Source: Macrostomum lignano
Taxonomy: Eukaryota
Reading direction: 5' to 3'
Length of the DNA stretch: 56,461 nucleotides
Assembly: GCA_002269645.1 (NCBI GenBank)
Contig: NIVC01004179.1
Location: 1-56,461 of the forward strand
Numbering within the stretch: the stretch's first letter is position 1; each line of letters starts with the position of its first letter. The notes beneath the pieces are model-generated. The model made no database searches. It worked only from the letters and a program-made list of their open reading frames with translations, and was not told the origin of the DNA. The translations under genes and the position numbers were made by a program. Shown here piece after piece: positions 38,301 to 49,533 of the stretch.

Positions 38301-39094
38301 CCCTCGGCTTTGAAAATGGCATCGATTCGGTCACTCTGGTGACCAAGCCGGGCGGTGCATAACTTCCAAACCCGCTGATGCAGAACGACCATGCGAAGGA
38401 GAAGCTCATCATTCAAGTTAACAAAGACAGCGCCTTTAACATCCGATCGACAATAGATGGTTGGAGTTTGTTCTTTCAGGGGTACTAGATAGAATTGCAT
38501 TCGGTTCGAACTGTCCTTAGCAAATATTGTGGCGAAATCGGCATTCTCTGAAACCTGATAGTGAAGCACCGATCTCAGGCTCAACTTGTGCTCTAATCGA
38601 AGGTCATGCTGGTCGAAACCAGCTTGATTGTTCTTGTAAACCCTGATTCCAGCCCAGTGGTGAATCAGAGTGCTTTCGGTTACTACAGCAAAAACATCGG
38701 TGCTAAGCCACACTAGCTTTAGCGCTTTCTCAGCCTGCAACGAGTGCACAGCAACGGGAGACCATGGTGAGCTCGAGGCAAAGTCGAATACTAGTACTCG
38801 ATCGGCAGAGTTTCTTCGAACCACAACCGCAAGCCTCGAAGTCGTATCGTTCGGTACGGTGTGAACAATGGCGTCATTGCCACACTCGGGTATGACGAAT
38901 CGGCGAAGCGTGTAAGATTCCGGGTCAAAGACAGTCGTGCAGTTCACTTCAGAGCCCTTCAGTCCCAGAATATCCGGTAAACTGTACGAACTGTGGATAA
39001 CGGCCGAAGTCTTCGTGAAGAACACATCGTGCAGTTTATAGTTCTTGTCAGGACCGACCACGTCAAGTCTGAAGGGGAAGTTATCCCCTTCCAT
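20329..39094 (-). CDS. Giant divergent midasin/Rea1-like AAA+ protein (~6,000 aa): propeller-like N-terminus, 6 AAA modules, beta-rich linker, acidic region, two vWA-like domains, C-terminal extension
   Basis: Exons are 39094-36513, 36412-33236, 33146-33082, 32943-20916, 20827-20657 and 20561-20329, with GT-AG introns of 100, 89, 138, 88 and 95 bp. Phases are compatible, the first junction only after the ~36534 correction. Walker A motifs: GEPATGKT, GESFSGKF, GHSGVGKT, GRTNFKA, GPPGVGKT, GPPVSGKS. The C-terminal RGKKLSIRGLMNWFMTNGTSNKIWLQRHR matches the midasin GKRLNIRKVIPYIAS..KDKIWLRRT pre-MIDAS motif. About 9 single-base frameshifts are needed to join the ORFs. Confidence 0.85.
21140..22655 (-). 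other. Two vWA-like domains (~22655-22200 and ~21670-21140)
   Basis: First domain: TILIDTKCSL...VQIVLTG...WVILITDQ...EIYSALW. Second domain: VGIAVSLTSS...CCVTFS...VLVFTDAG...CWAFGVG. Confidence 0.65.
23850..24105 (-). repeat. Coding tandem repeat, 54-bp unit (SGSGQTES[AT]DP[LS]GSGTNE), ~5 copies, within the acidic region
   Basis: Direct reading in ORF 22946..24520. Confidence 0.93.
31900..37600 (-). other. Six tandem dynein-related (AAA_5/MoxR-like) modules of the giant protein
   Basis: Each module shows Walker A, a DL(L/F/M/I)GxFxP-type motif, a FxFxxGP-type motif, a Walker B position, the LNxxLE-type helix and HPxFRL-type/sensor-1 motifs. Confidence 0.9.
38070..39094 (-). other. N-terminal domain resembling the clathrin heavy-chain terminal beta-propeller
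   Basis: By-eye colinear matches: FPFRL~LPIRF, AVHSL..KLVWLSTDVFAVVTESTLIHHW~KAHTM..[30 protein letters not shown]~IINYRTDAK, RMQFYLV~AMQLYSV. Confidence 0.55.
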
Positions 39095-39280
39095 GCCTGA
39101 GAGCTGGGGAATAAAAGGAGCATTTTCGGGTTTCGCTTCTTGCTGCGCAATTTACGATCAAAATTCTATCAAATCAGAAATTCAGTCAATGCAGCGAAAC
39201 TGTGGAAATGTTAAGAGCCTTATTATCCGAAACTAGAGCTAGTTAATTAATTGATGGGTAAGCAGCAAGATGACTTCACT

Positions 39281-40140
39281 TCATCCCAGGTCACTGCACC
39301 CCATCCCAGGTCACTGCACCCTATTCCAGATCACTGCACTCCATTCCAGATCACTGCACCCCATCCCAGGTCACTGCACCCCATTCCAGATCACTGCACC
39401 CCATCCCAGGTCACTGCACCCCATCCCAGGTCACTGCACCCCATTCCAGATCACTGCACTCCATTCCAGGTCACTGCACTCCATTCCAGGTCACTGCACC
39501 CCATCCCAGATCACTGCACCCCATTCCAGGTCACTGCACCCCATCCCAGGTCACTGCACCCCATCCCAGGTCACTGCACCCCATCCCAGGTCACTGCACC
39601 CCATCCCAGATCACTGCACCCCATTCCAGGTCACTGCACCCCATCCCAGGTCACTGCACCCCATCCCAGGTCACTACACCCCATCCCAGATCACTGCACC
39701 CCATTCCAGGTCACTGCACCCCATCCCAGGTCACTGCACCCCATCCCAGGTCACTGCACCCCATCCCAGATCACTGCACCCCATTCCAGGTCACTGCACC
39801 CCATTCCAGGTCACTGCACCCCATCCCAGGTCACTGCACCCCATCCTAGGTCACTGCACCCCATCCCAGGTCACTGCACCCCATCCCAGGTCACTGCACC
39901 CCATCCCAGATCACTGCACCCCATTCCAGGTCACTGCACCCCATTCCAGGTCACTGCACCCCATCCCAGATCACTGCACCCCATCCCAGTTCACTGCACC
40001 CCAATCTCATGTCACTGCACCCCATCCCAGGTCATGCACCCCCCAGTCACTGCACCCCTCAGGTCACTGCACCTAATCCGTATCACGTTCATCTGCACCC
40101 ACCTTCCATTCTCCAGTCACTCTCAGGTCACTGCACCTAG
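39281..40140. repeat. 20-bp minisatellite (TCACTGCACCCCATCCCAGG and variants) just upstream of the giant gene
   Basis: About 38 tandem copies, degenerating at the right end. Confidence 0.97.
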
Positions 40141-43100
40141 ACATTTCTACGTATCTACGAGCGTATCTATCCCAATAAGCAAACCCACCTAGATCCATTC
40201 TGCAATCTGCAGTCACACCCATATCGAAAGTGCAACCTGCAGACCACTCAGATCCAAGCTGCAAAAATCTCAAACCAGCTTACCTCGGCCTCGACTTATG
40301 ACCAATCTTAGTTGAAGTCTTGGTTGTGTCAGATAAAAGTACTAAATGAATATACCAGTAAATTTATAGAATTTATTAAAAAGTAGGTAAACTGCGTTTG
40401 AGATTGGCAGACTTAATTTTTGTTTTCTTCTATTTCTAAGTTTCTAATCTATGATAGCTAATTTAGTGCAGTAAAATTCCAGACTTTTGTTAATTAAACA
40501 AATTTATATAGGCTGAAGATGGTACCGTTTACCCAGACAGGGGTAGGGGGGCAGTTACGAGTGCATGAAACGTATTCGCTACTTGTGCATGCTGCAGTCT
40601 TTAATGCACAATAGTCTACAACTGCACTGCTATTGTACGGTGCTTCGAGACGCACAGGTGGTGTGTAATTAATCCCAACCTCTAAAGCTGCCGCTGCCCT
40701 GGAAAGAGAGTCTCACCTTGGACTTTACTTTCGTATTCCACTGCAGTACTATAGAAAGGGAACTTTGCTTGGTTATGTTCAAGGTACCAGCAATGAATTT
40801 TGTCATCATTTGAGGGAACTTCATCTTAGATGCTTAAAAGCGTCGGAAAGGCCGTGGAAAAGCCGTGGGAAATCCACGGAAAAGACTTTCTAGAACTTTC
40901 CCGGGGCAAGAATAATTATCAGGCGTGATGTGATACTTCAATGTTATTTAGATTGAAACACTTTGACTTTAGTTAAAGTATATGGTACAGGACTGGCAAC
41001 TACTGACTTCCTCAGTATATGCAATACAATAAACCAATCCCAGACCTTTCCTCGTATCTATCTATCCCAAATTGCAGACCTACATGCATTTAAGCCGATT
41101 GAACCCATCTTCGCTGCATAAGACCTTGCAAAAATACTAAGAATTTAATTTACTAAGAATTTGTCACTTTCAATATCTTTACAAACTGGAATGAGTGGGC
41201 TCAAAATTCTGGACTAATATGTAAAAATATATTTAATAAGCATTCCATAAGTTTCTTTAATCTCAATGGCTTTTGGCAGAGTGTTATTGTGAATTTTCAC
41301 ACGTATATACAACTATGTGTAGAAAAAAAGCAGAAAAACGCTGGCATTGCTACTTAGTAGGCAGTTGACAATCACAACTGCAGATATTTAAGAGGGAAGA
41401 GGAACATGGTAAACCAGCTTTCAATAGCAGTTTAAGTAAGATTTTATTCAAAACAAACTCGATCAGCTGAAAAAGAAGTAGCCCTTTTAGCAGAAAGTAA
41501 AATATGCTTCTCTAACGTCCATTTCATTGAATGTGGTGTCAAATTTCACTTTGCTTCTTCTGTCATTAACGACAGCTACCGGGTAAAATGCCACTCAAGT
41601 TCCAAAGTGGCTAGGATTGCGTCCAGTGCTTTGCAAGGCATCTCTGTTCCAGAAGCAAACCCGAGCAGCGGTCCCACCGGTGAGTTGGTCGCCTCTGATG
41701 AGTCTCGTGAGTCCTCTACTGCACACGGAGTGAAGTCATGGTCATCGATGGTCCTAAAATTGCAATCCTGTTTAAGTAAATGCGTGCAAACTTTTTTGAA
41801 GCAGGGAAAACTATTGAGAAGTATGAGGGGGAGTTTTTTTCGTATTTTTTCGTTTTCTGTTTTTTCTCGTGTTCTATTTGCGACACCAAATGCAACATAA
41901 ATTGTTTATTCGACTATCGTACATCCAGTCTTTCCCGAGACCAATAAATGGGGAATATTTGATGTATCCATCAATTGTCTCTGGTCTGAAGCGGAACTAG
42001 GACGTTAATTTGCTTTATGTTAAACTTCGGGTATCGTTGTGAACTTGTTCACAACCGGTGCAGATAAATGAAATAAACAATTAAACCATAGACTATACTG
42101 CACCAGTGCTCGCAATCTTTCTAAACTACTATTAACAACTTAAATAAGTAGTAACTGTGCACATAGCCTAAGCTAAGGTTGTAAACTTAAACTTGCATTT
42201 GAGTTGGGCGAAAGAAATTAAATGACAGAGTGATAAGTTGAAACCGGAAACGCGAGGAGACTGGAAAGCCTCATCAGCAAAGAAACCAGGCAGGCATTGT
42301 TAATCAGATATTTTGTGCATTCGAATATTTGCACGTCGCAACTATTCTTCATCTATAGGCCTAATCTTCTTTGCATTAGCGCTAGATGCCTTTCTCCGGT
42401 GCTTTCTGGCCTCGCGCTGCTGGAGCAGGGGAGAAGCGCAGACGGGGGCAAACAGTGCCACAGCGAGAGTCCCTCGCCGAATGGTCCGGAAGAGCGTGGC
42501 ACCTCTTTGATGCCCCCAGAGGTACACAGACATCCCATCGCCATCAATTTTGGTTTGGGAGATTAAAGTCAGATCGGAAGTTGTTTAACCAAGTCGCATT
42601 TCCTTAGGCAAATTTCTTCGCCTACTCAGAATGTTTGCACAGGGCTTGGGGCCTCGCCTCCGTTTCTGGGCTGTCAGTTCAACGCTTAACGCGCTTCCTT
42701 GCCAGTAATTCTGTCCTGAATTGGTCTATCTTTGGAGGTGGTCTTTAACTTTCCAAATGAATAAGCTCATGATCAGTAATCACTATAGTTATAATCAGCA
42801 GCTACCCCCCAAACTCACGCTGTGGGTCCATTGGTGATTAGGGACTGCAATCCCGGGATCCCGAAATCCCGGGACAAATATTTTTATTATTTTTGCAAAA
42901 AGTGTTGTAATATGAACATAATTGGGCTCACAATTAGTATATTGATACTGCGCTAATTTCCGTTAATTGACCCACGTCGCGTGGCGCCTTTTTAAACCCC
43001 GCATCACAGATTTATATTTGAAATTTATTCTAATGTATATTTTGTCTCCATAACTAGAGGGAGATACGTGCTATAAAGTTTTTATTATTGAATGACAATC

Positions 43101-44286
43101 GCCAAGAAGAAAGTGAAAAATTGTGCTAAGTTAAGTTGTTAAGGCAGTCAAACATTCAACAGAATTAAATAGGCCTAGTTATACTGCTGTTTTTCTTGGA
43201 AGATACGAACCGATTCTGATTCTGGAATTGGTAATATGAAAAGCCTTAGGGTAGAGCCACGAAATAGGTTACAGAGGGGCTGACCCAAAAAATCGATAAA
43301 CTCACACCCGTCCAACCCCGCACAGGCTTCGTGCGTGGGTATGTACACAAAGATAGCGAATGTACACCCTCACAACTAACTCTATCCTATATACTAAAAA
43401 TGGAATAGTTAGTGTACATGCTTTTAAATTCGTGTCTAAAAAGCTAAAGCCTACCTACGGAGTCCAATATCTGCATCAGGCAGATGACAACTGATTGCCT
43501 GCAGAATGCAAGAAGGCAAGGGGGGACAAAGAACAGAAATTCTCTCCTCCTCCTTTCGTGACTGCAGAAGCGACCGGTCGAAAGCGTGGAGCGGAGGCTG
43601 AGCTGATATTTCTATCTATTCTCTTTGAACACGGCGGGCTGCGTGACCCGCTAGCTGAGAATTTTTCATTATTTCGCTCACTGGCCGCAACAAGGCGTTT
43701 GCGACAAATTTCGTTCGCGTTTGTCCAAAGATTGATTAAGGCGGCTGGGCATTTGCTTTTAATTTTCTGCAACTTGTAGCAGAGTTGCTTCCCGCCCACT
43801 GAGCTTGCCAGAGGAATTGCTTCCCTCTCTCTTTCTCCATCTGCTTTCATCGGGATTAGCGAAGAAACAATTCTTCTTTTTTTGATACAGGAACCACGAT
43901 ATGGAATCATTTGGCGATTTATGGCGCAAAAGCAACACGCGGTGAGGCATTCGCTTTGCCGTAAGAATCGCCGTCCTAACAAAGACACGCGACTCGCTAC
44001 TGTTTCCGTGGTGGAGAGACGCGGAGTAGCGCTTCTCTCCCTCCGACCCGCCCCTGGGGAGCGGCGGCCGTTACTGAAATTGATCGTTTGAAGTTGAAAG
44101 ATTAGCCAATTCGGATGCTGCTATGGTATTAATTAAAACTGTCTTGTCATTAAGAAAGAACAACTTGTCCCGCGCTGAGAAGAAATCGAACACTTGCAGC
44201 ACCCCCGCGGAAACTTCCACTTTATAGAATCGTGTTTTAAAATATGAAATTTTCAATAAAATATCTTGTTTTCTTAATAATCTCTG

Positions 44287-44620
44287 GCTTGACTTACTTG
44301 ACTTAGCTGCAAGGGGGCATCCACCGGCGGATGTAGCGAGGAGGCAGAGGTGACCGCCCATTCCCCGAGCCCCTGGCCACCAATAACTTCCATCGAAGTC
44401 GCTCAGGGGACCCGTCGGTCTCGACTACAGCGGGGTGCTCCTGTGCGGTGGCGAAGAACTCAGCTCGTCCCGTGTCCCTGGGGTACCGGGCGAGCAGCGG
44501 TATGCTCTCGGTCTCGGGCCTGCAAGCGTCAGGGAGAACAGGGTTTGACCCGAGGTGGGTGAGTCTGGCCCTTGGTGAAGACCGGGCAGTGGCCAGATAA
44601 AGTGCTCAGCGTTTTCAATG
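44287..44620 (-). mobile_element. Degenerate RTE-like LINE 3' fragment
   Basis: Minus frames give LSGHC, LFSLTLAGPRPR and ERLRWKLLVA (RTE C-terminal LAGHC / G.R.RG / DR..WR.LV-type motifs), followed by a short (TAAGTCAAG) tandem tail. Confidence 0.45.
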
Positions 44621-46598
44621 CTTAAGAATCTCAATCCAGAGAAGTTTCTCTTCTTGAGACACTCAACTCAAAAATTCGGATTGCTTTGAAAAAATGAAAA
44701 CAAAAAAATCTACCCCTCATAATATGAAACGGCTCTAATGTTGAGTTTGACATACAAATCTGGATTGGCTCATTATCCATAAGAGTTTTCAAACGTGGAT
44801 TTTCAGTAAAAATCGCAACAGCCCAGTCAGCACCTGTTCACCCGCTAAAATTGATATCAGAAAGGTCTATAAGGCAAATCAAGCTTGAAATCTGGACCAT
44901 TAATCAGGATTATATCGACATGGGATAAATATATATGAGAGCTCCATCAGATTTGGTCCCAGTTTGGGAGGCTGGAGAATCTGGGGAGCGGGGATTTAAG
45001 AAAAATGAGCGGGGCCAGTATTTTATAGAAGCTGGCAAAAGAAGACCCCGGGAGCATAGAGGAGAAATCCCATAGCATAATCCCCCCCGCCAAAGCCGAG
45101 TTCAAGTCTTCCACAGTCCGGAGCTGGAGCTGCGCAGCGGAAAAGCGAATTTTTAATGACTTTAATTAGTCTTTAGTCTTCCAGCCCGCTCGGCACAGCG
45201 GCCCGATGAAAGTGAATTATTCAGAGCCTGGAAGATCCCCGTCTCCCTGAAAGACCGAGCTCTCTCTGCCCATCACCCTTCGAATGTTTGCGGTGCCATC
45301 AAACAGGCGGGCCGGAGGCATAACTCACCTGTAATTAACTGATAGGAGGAGGAGAATAGGCCTTCCCACTTTTCATCCCGCCTCGAAAGCTCCATGGGAT
45401 CCGACCCAACCCCCCCCCCAACCGGAGCGGCTGCGGTCTCCCCGGGGAGATTCCGGTTGTAGCTGAGTTATGGCCGCGTTTCCTGACGGCAGCTCGGCCT
45501 TGTCCGGCCATTTCTACTCCAATTCACCTGAGATTGCTCCGGCCGAGGCTGTGAAAGCTAAAGCGGACCAATTTGCCTAATGGCTTATGGAAGCCGAGGC
45601 CATTAGTTATGCAGCCGCGGCACCAGCCGCGGAGCAACAGGGATCGGGCGGGCCGCGGGTGGCGAGTTCCTGCCCTGACAAATCTCTGCACAGTGTGTAG
45701 ATAAAACACACACTTGCTGTATATATCCTTTATAGCTTGTATAGCCCCCCCCCACTTTTAATTCTGAGTAGTGGTGGCCTTTCAGCTAGATCTGGAGCGA
45801 TCGCAATTCACCGCCACTCCCCAATCAAGATCGCACAAAGATTTATTGCTCCGCACAGTCACTCCGCTTCTTTCATGCTCAGATTCAGCTGATCAACCGA
45901 ATTATAACACCTTGCGCCGTCTCTTCTCTTTCAATCTAAAAATAAAAGCAGATTTGTTCAATTCTTCAGACAGAGAGTGTGCAAATATTTATCAACTACA
46001 AGCGTATATTCATAGGTTGGAGATTTCGTTGTGTCAATTTTCTGTCGCGTGGCAGAAGAGCAGTGAGAAAAAAGCAATGAGTTGAGAGGCGCAATCAATT
46101 AGATTGAATTGTCTTCGGGCAAATATATGAGAGCTGCCAATGGGTGTTTGACGATGTTTGACCCGCCTTGGCTCACAGCATGAAATTCAGGCCCCAACAG
46201 TTGGGGTCTCTTTGGTCTCTGTAAAGGAAATATTGATGAGGATTTGGGATTTCTTTGTAGGGGTGTATAGGGAGCGCTCTCGCATTGGCTGGACCGCAGT
46301 CAGACTCCTCCCCCTTAGAGTTTTCCAATTCCAGCTATTCCTCATCTCTGCTCTACCCCTCAGAGCCTGAGCAGCCTCGCATTCTCGCTCCGACACTGGG
46401 GAGAAGCAGAAATTCTTAGGGGGGGGGGAGTTTGAGTCCGCGGGCAGGCCGCGACCAATGGGATCCTGAGCAGGAGCTTTGGGAGGAGCGGAGGCTGGGA
46501 CTCCCATCGGAAATAGCTGCATCACCTGTCGGCTCTCGCATCGAATTTCGACTCGATCGTTCAGGCTCTTCCTTCCTCAACCGCCTCCGGCCTCCAGC

Positions 46599-47821
46599 AT
46601 GACAGCTCCGTACTTTGCCCACTTCGGCCGCAGGCCACCGTGGCTGCAGCAGGGCAGCTTCGGCCGAATTCCGCCTCCGCCGCCTCCGCCGCTGCCGCCG
46701 CCGCCACCGCAGATGTTTCCCAACATCGGTTGCCATCCTTACAATTTCCCACCTGGACTTCATCCGCACGCTTCTGCCGCGCCGTTTCTTGACCCGCTCA
46801 ACATGGTGCACCTGAACTGCTTGATGCAGCAGTCGCTGATGCCGCCGCATCCTCTGCCGTCGCCGCTGCCTCCCCCTCCGCCGCCACCTCCTCTGCAGCG
46901 ACCGCCGCAAGCAACGATGCACGAGTTCTTGAACAGCAAATTGCCTTTGAAGTCACCGCCATCGAATTCGCCGCCGCATCCCCTGCCGCCGCCGCCTCCG
47001 CCACCACCTCCGCCGCCCCCGCCGCCACCGCCACCAAAGTCCCAGGCGGGCCCGAAACGAAAGGCAACTCGTCGAACAGCGGCGCCGAAGGACGGCGACA
47101 ACGACAACAGAAGCCCGGTGAGCGGCACCCTCATTCGCAAGCTGACGGACAAGGACGGTGTCCGTCAATCGGCCGACATCCTCGAGCCGTCAAAGTTCGT
47201 GGCCGTCACGCCGGAGACCAAAGCGCAGCTTGCCAAGATAAAAAATGTGATTGGCGACTTCGACTGCCAGCTGTGCTCGGTGAAGTACCCGGACGCGTTC
47301 CAACTGGCCCAGCACCGCTGCCCGGGCATCGAGCACATCCACTACAAATGCGAGGACTGCGACAAGTCGTTCAACTGCCCGGCCAACCTGGCCAGCCACA
47401 AGCGCTGGCATAAGCCGAAACCGCCGGGCGGCTCGCTGAAGAGATCGAAAGACTCAACGGTTGCAACGGGCAAACCGGCCGAGATCTCAACGCCGCGACA
47501 GTCGAAACCCTATCCGTTCAGAATCGAGGACATTCTGCTTGATTCAGCCAGCTGCAGGCCGGAGGCAAGCGAGGGCGTCAGGACGTTAAGCCGGAAAAGT
47601 TAGAAACGCCGTCAAAAACTGGCGACATCGATGCCAGCGACACCAGCTCCGCCGGTGACAGCTCGATGGATCGCTGCATCTGCGGCTGCCTGCTGACTAA
47701 GCAGGAGCTGGAGGAGCACATGCTGAAGCACCTGATGGAGAAGGCGGCCTCTGTGAAAGCCGAAGCTCTCGAGAGACAGCAGCAGCAGCCGGTGTTCCCG
47801 GAGCCACTGACAGACAATTAA
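46599..47821 (+). CDS. insm: INSM1/Nerfin/EGL-46 family C2H2 zinc-finger transcription factor, single exon (apparent frameshift near 47545-47575)
   Basis: KIKNVIGDFDCQLCSVKYPDAFQLAQHRCPGIEHIHYKCEDCDKSFNCPANLASHKRWHKP is the diagnostic EIN domain. ATG at 46599 is inferred. The as-sequenced stop is at 47603; the -1 frame continues with CICGCLLTKQELEEHMLKH to a stop at 47821. Confidence 0.92.
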
Positions 47822-48439
47822 TTGACTTATTCGTTTACCGATTAGCTTACCGTATCCTACTATCTAGATATGAACAGTTTTGTTATAATCATATAATTTG
47901 GAGTTTCTCGCGCTTTAAGGTTAGTCATGTGGAAAGTTATATTTTGCTGCAGGATGTTTTCAGAATTAAGCAGTTGAGCCAAATTGAGGTCAAATGTTTA
48001 ATTATATGAAATATAGATGTGGTTTCACATCGCATAGCTACGCTCGTATAGCCGCTGAACATCCTCGCGCAGAAATACAACTTTTTACGCGTAAGCGATC
48101 AAAAGTTTAAAGTTTTTGAATTTAAAAAAACTTTGCTTTCTTATACCTTTTGGAGTGTAAATTCATTGAATGATATAAAGCGAAAGTTCCCTCCCTATAG
48201 ATTTTAAAATCTTGCATGTGAAATGTACTTCGTATGCATAAAATGTAACAAATATTACCAATAAATTTTGTTATAACACACTGTTAAACTGTGTTCCTAA
48301 AAGTACGCAATGAATGAAAAGAGTCGATCTGCAAGGTGCAGCAGTGCAATGACAAGTGGCTAAAGGTCGCTACCAGCCGCTGCTGATGAATCTACCAAGG
48401 AGGCCGATGCAGCAGCTGTAGTCCAGCTGCAGGAGAATG

Positions 48440-49230
48440 GACGGCCTGAGCTAACCTTCTTAAAGGATTACCGCCGCTGCAAGACAATGGCATGAACATT
48501 GGGAAACAATGAGACAGGTCGGGTGTTTGCTTACCGTCAATACTTGAGCTTGAGGATCTGAGAGGATCAAATTTCAGTAGCTTTTTTGCGGACGGTGAGT
48601 GAAATGGGATCTGTCTCTGAATTGCATGAGCAGCGAGTGGTGACGGCAGCTGTGCATCGCTCCTGAGCCTTGATCTGCGAATGCCAAAATTTAGCAGCAG
48701 CTAATAACCGACAAAAATGATTGGATGGTAAACTGAATTGTCAGCTCTTTTTCCAAATGTTGGAAACAAATTTATGCTTTTTTTTATGCGTTATAATTTA
48801 CTTGTGCAACTTTACAATTTTACGGGCTGTGAGGCAGCACGTCTCACAACCCCCTCACAGAACTCTGGTTGGGACTCTGTTTCTGTATGTTTGTTTTCTC
48901 AACTATTGTCTCAGGCTCCTGTCAGCAACTCGTGACTGGAACTTCCCCATTAGGAAGCAGACGGCATCCAGACTCTCTTGGATTTGACAGCAAAAATTCG
49001 GCACCATCGTCGGTTCCCCTGCGTGCGCATAAATTTCTGTTGAAATTTTTAAACAAATCCGAAAGACTCAATGTTTGCTCAAAAATCTCAATATTCTTCG
49101 CGTGAATGTCGGGTTGAGTCAGAAATAGCGAAACTACCTGACCAGTTGCCACAATATTGTATAGAATGAGACAGAAATCTCATCAAGAATTCAAAATTGC
49201 AGGTGAATACTAAAGGCCCGATTCAGTTGC
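48440..49230 (-). CDS. Short exon-like segments of an unidentified minus-strand gene (3' part or pseudogene)
   Basis: GT-AG-bounded blocks, e.g. TTTAG|TATTC...GTCAG|GTAGTT, CGCAG|GGGAAC and TTGACG|GTAAGC...TTGCAG, giving VFTCNFEFLMRFLSHSIQYCGNWSGEPTMVPNFCCQIQESLDAVCFLMGKF. No domain recognised. Confidence 0.3.
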
Positions 49231-49533
49231 CAAATATCTTCAACACTCCGTTAGCAAAATTTATTCACAGAAACGAGTAGGTTTCTCTGAGACCTTGAAT
49301 TTTGCCAGGACCCATGTGTGATGTGCAGTGGCTCGATTCTGCATCTGGTATGTAGGGGGATAGTTTGCTAAGCTGCAGGTGAAGTTTTCCCACTTGCTGG
49401 TAGACAGACAATTGATTATGCAATCGCCTGTAAAACTGTGGTGAAGCTGTTTGCTATTTACTGATCCAGGCAGGGGCCATGGATTTTGTGGTGGGGGGAC
49501 AAAGCCAAGAATTCAACATGCACATGTACATGA

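Noticed and set aside
20329-39094. Programmed ribosomal frameshifting as the explanation for the broken ORFs
   Set aside because: No consistent slippery heptamers or downstream structures at the joins, too many shifts for one mRNA, and the same defect occurs in unrelated genes.
41580-41900. ~110-codon open minus frame as an upstream exon of the giant gene
   Set aside because: Weak donor, incompatible phase, no domain, and the propeller similarity already starts at Met 39094.
42839-42876. TAGGGACTGCAATCCCGGGATCCCG, resembling a hAT-type terminus
   Set aside because: No matching opposite end or TSD was found in the window.
43400-46500. TAAT and E-box clusters upstream of INSM as enhancers/promoter
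   Set aside because: These short motifs are expected by chance, and I cannot support them without conservation or chromatin data.
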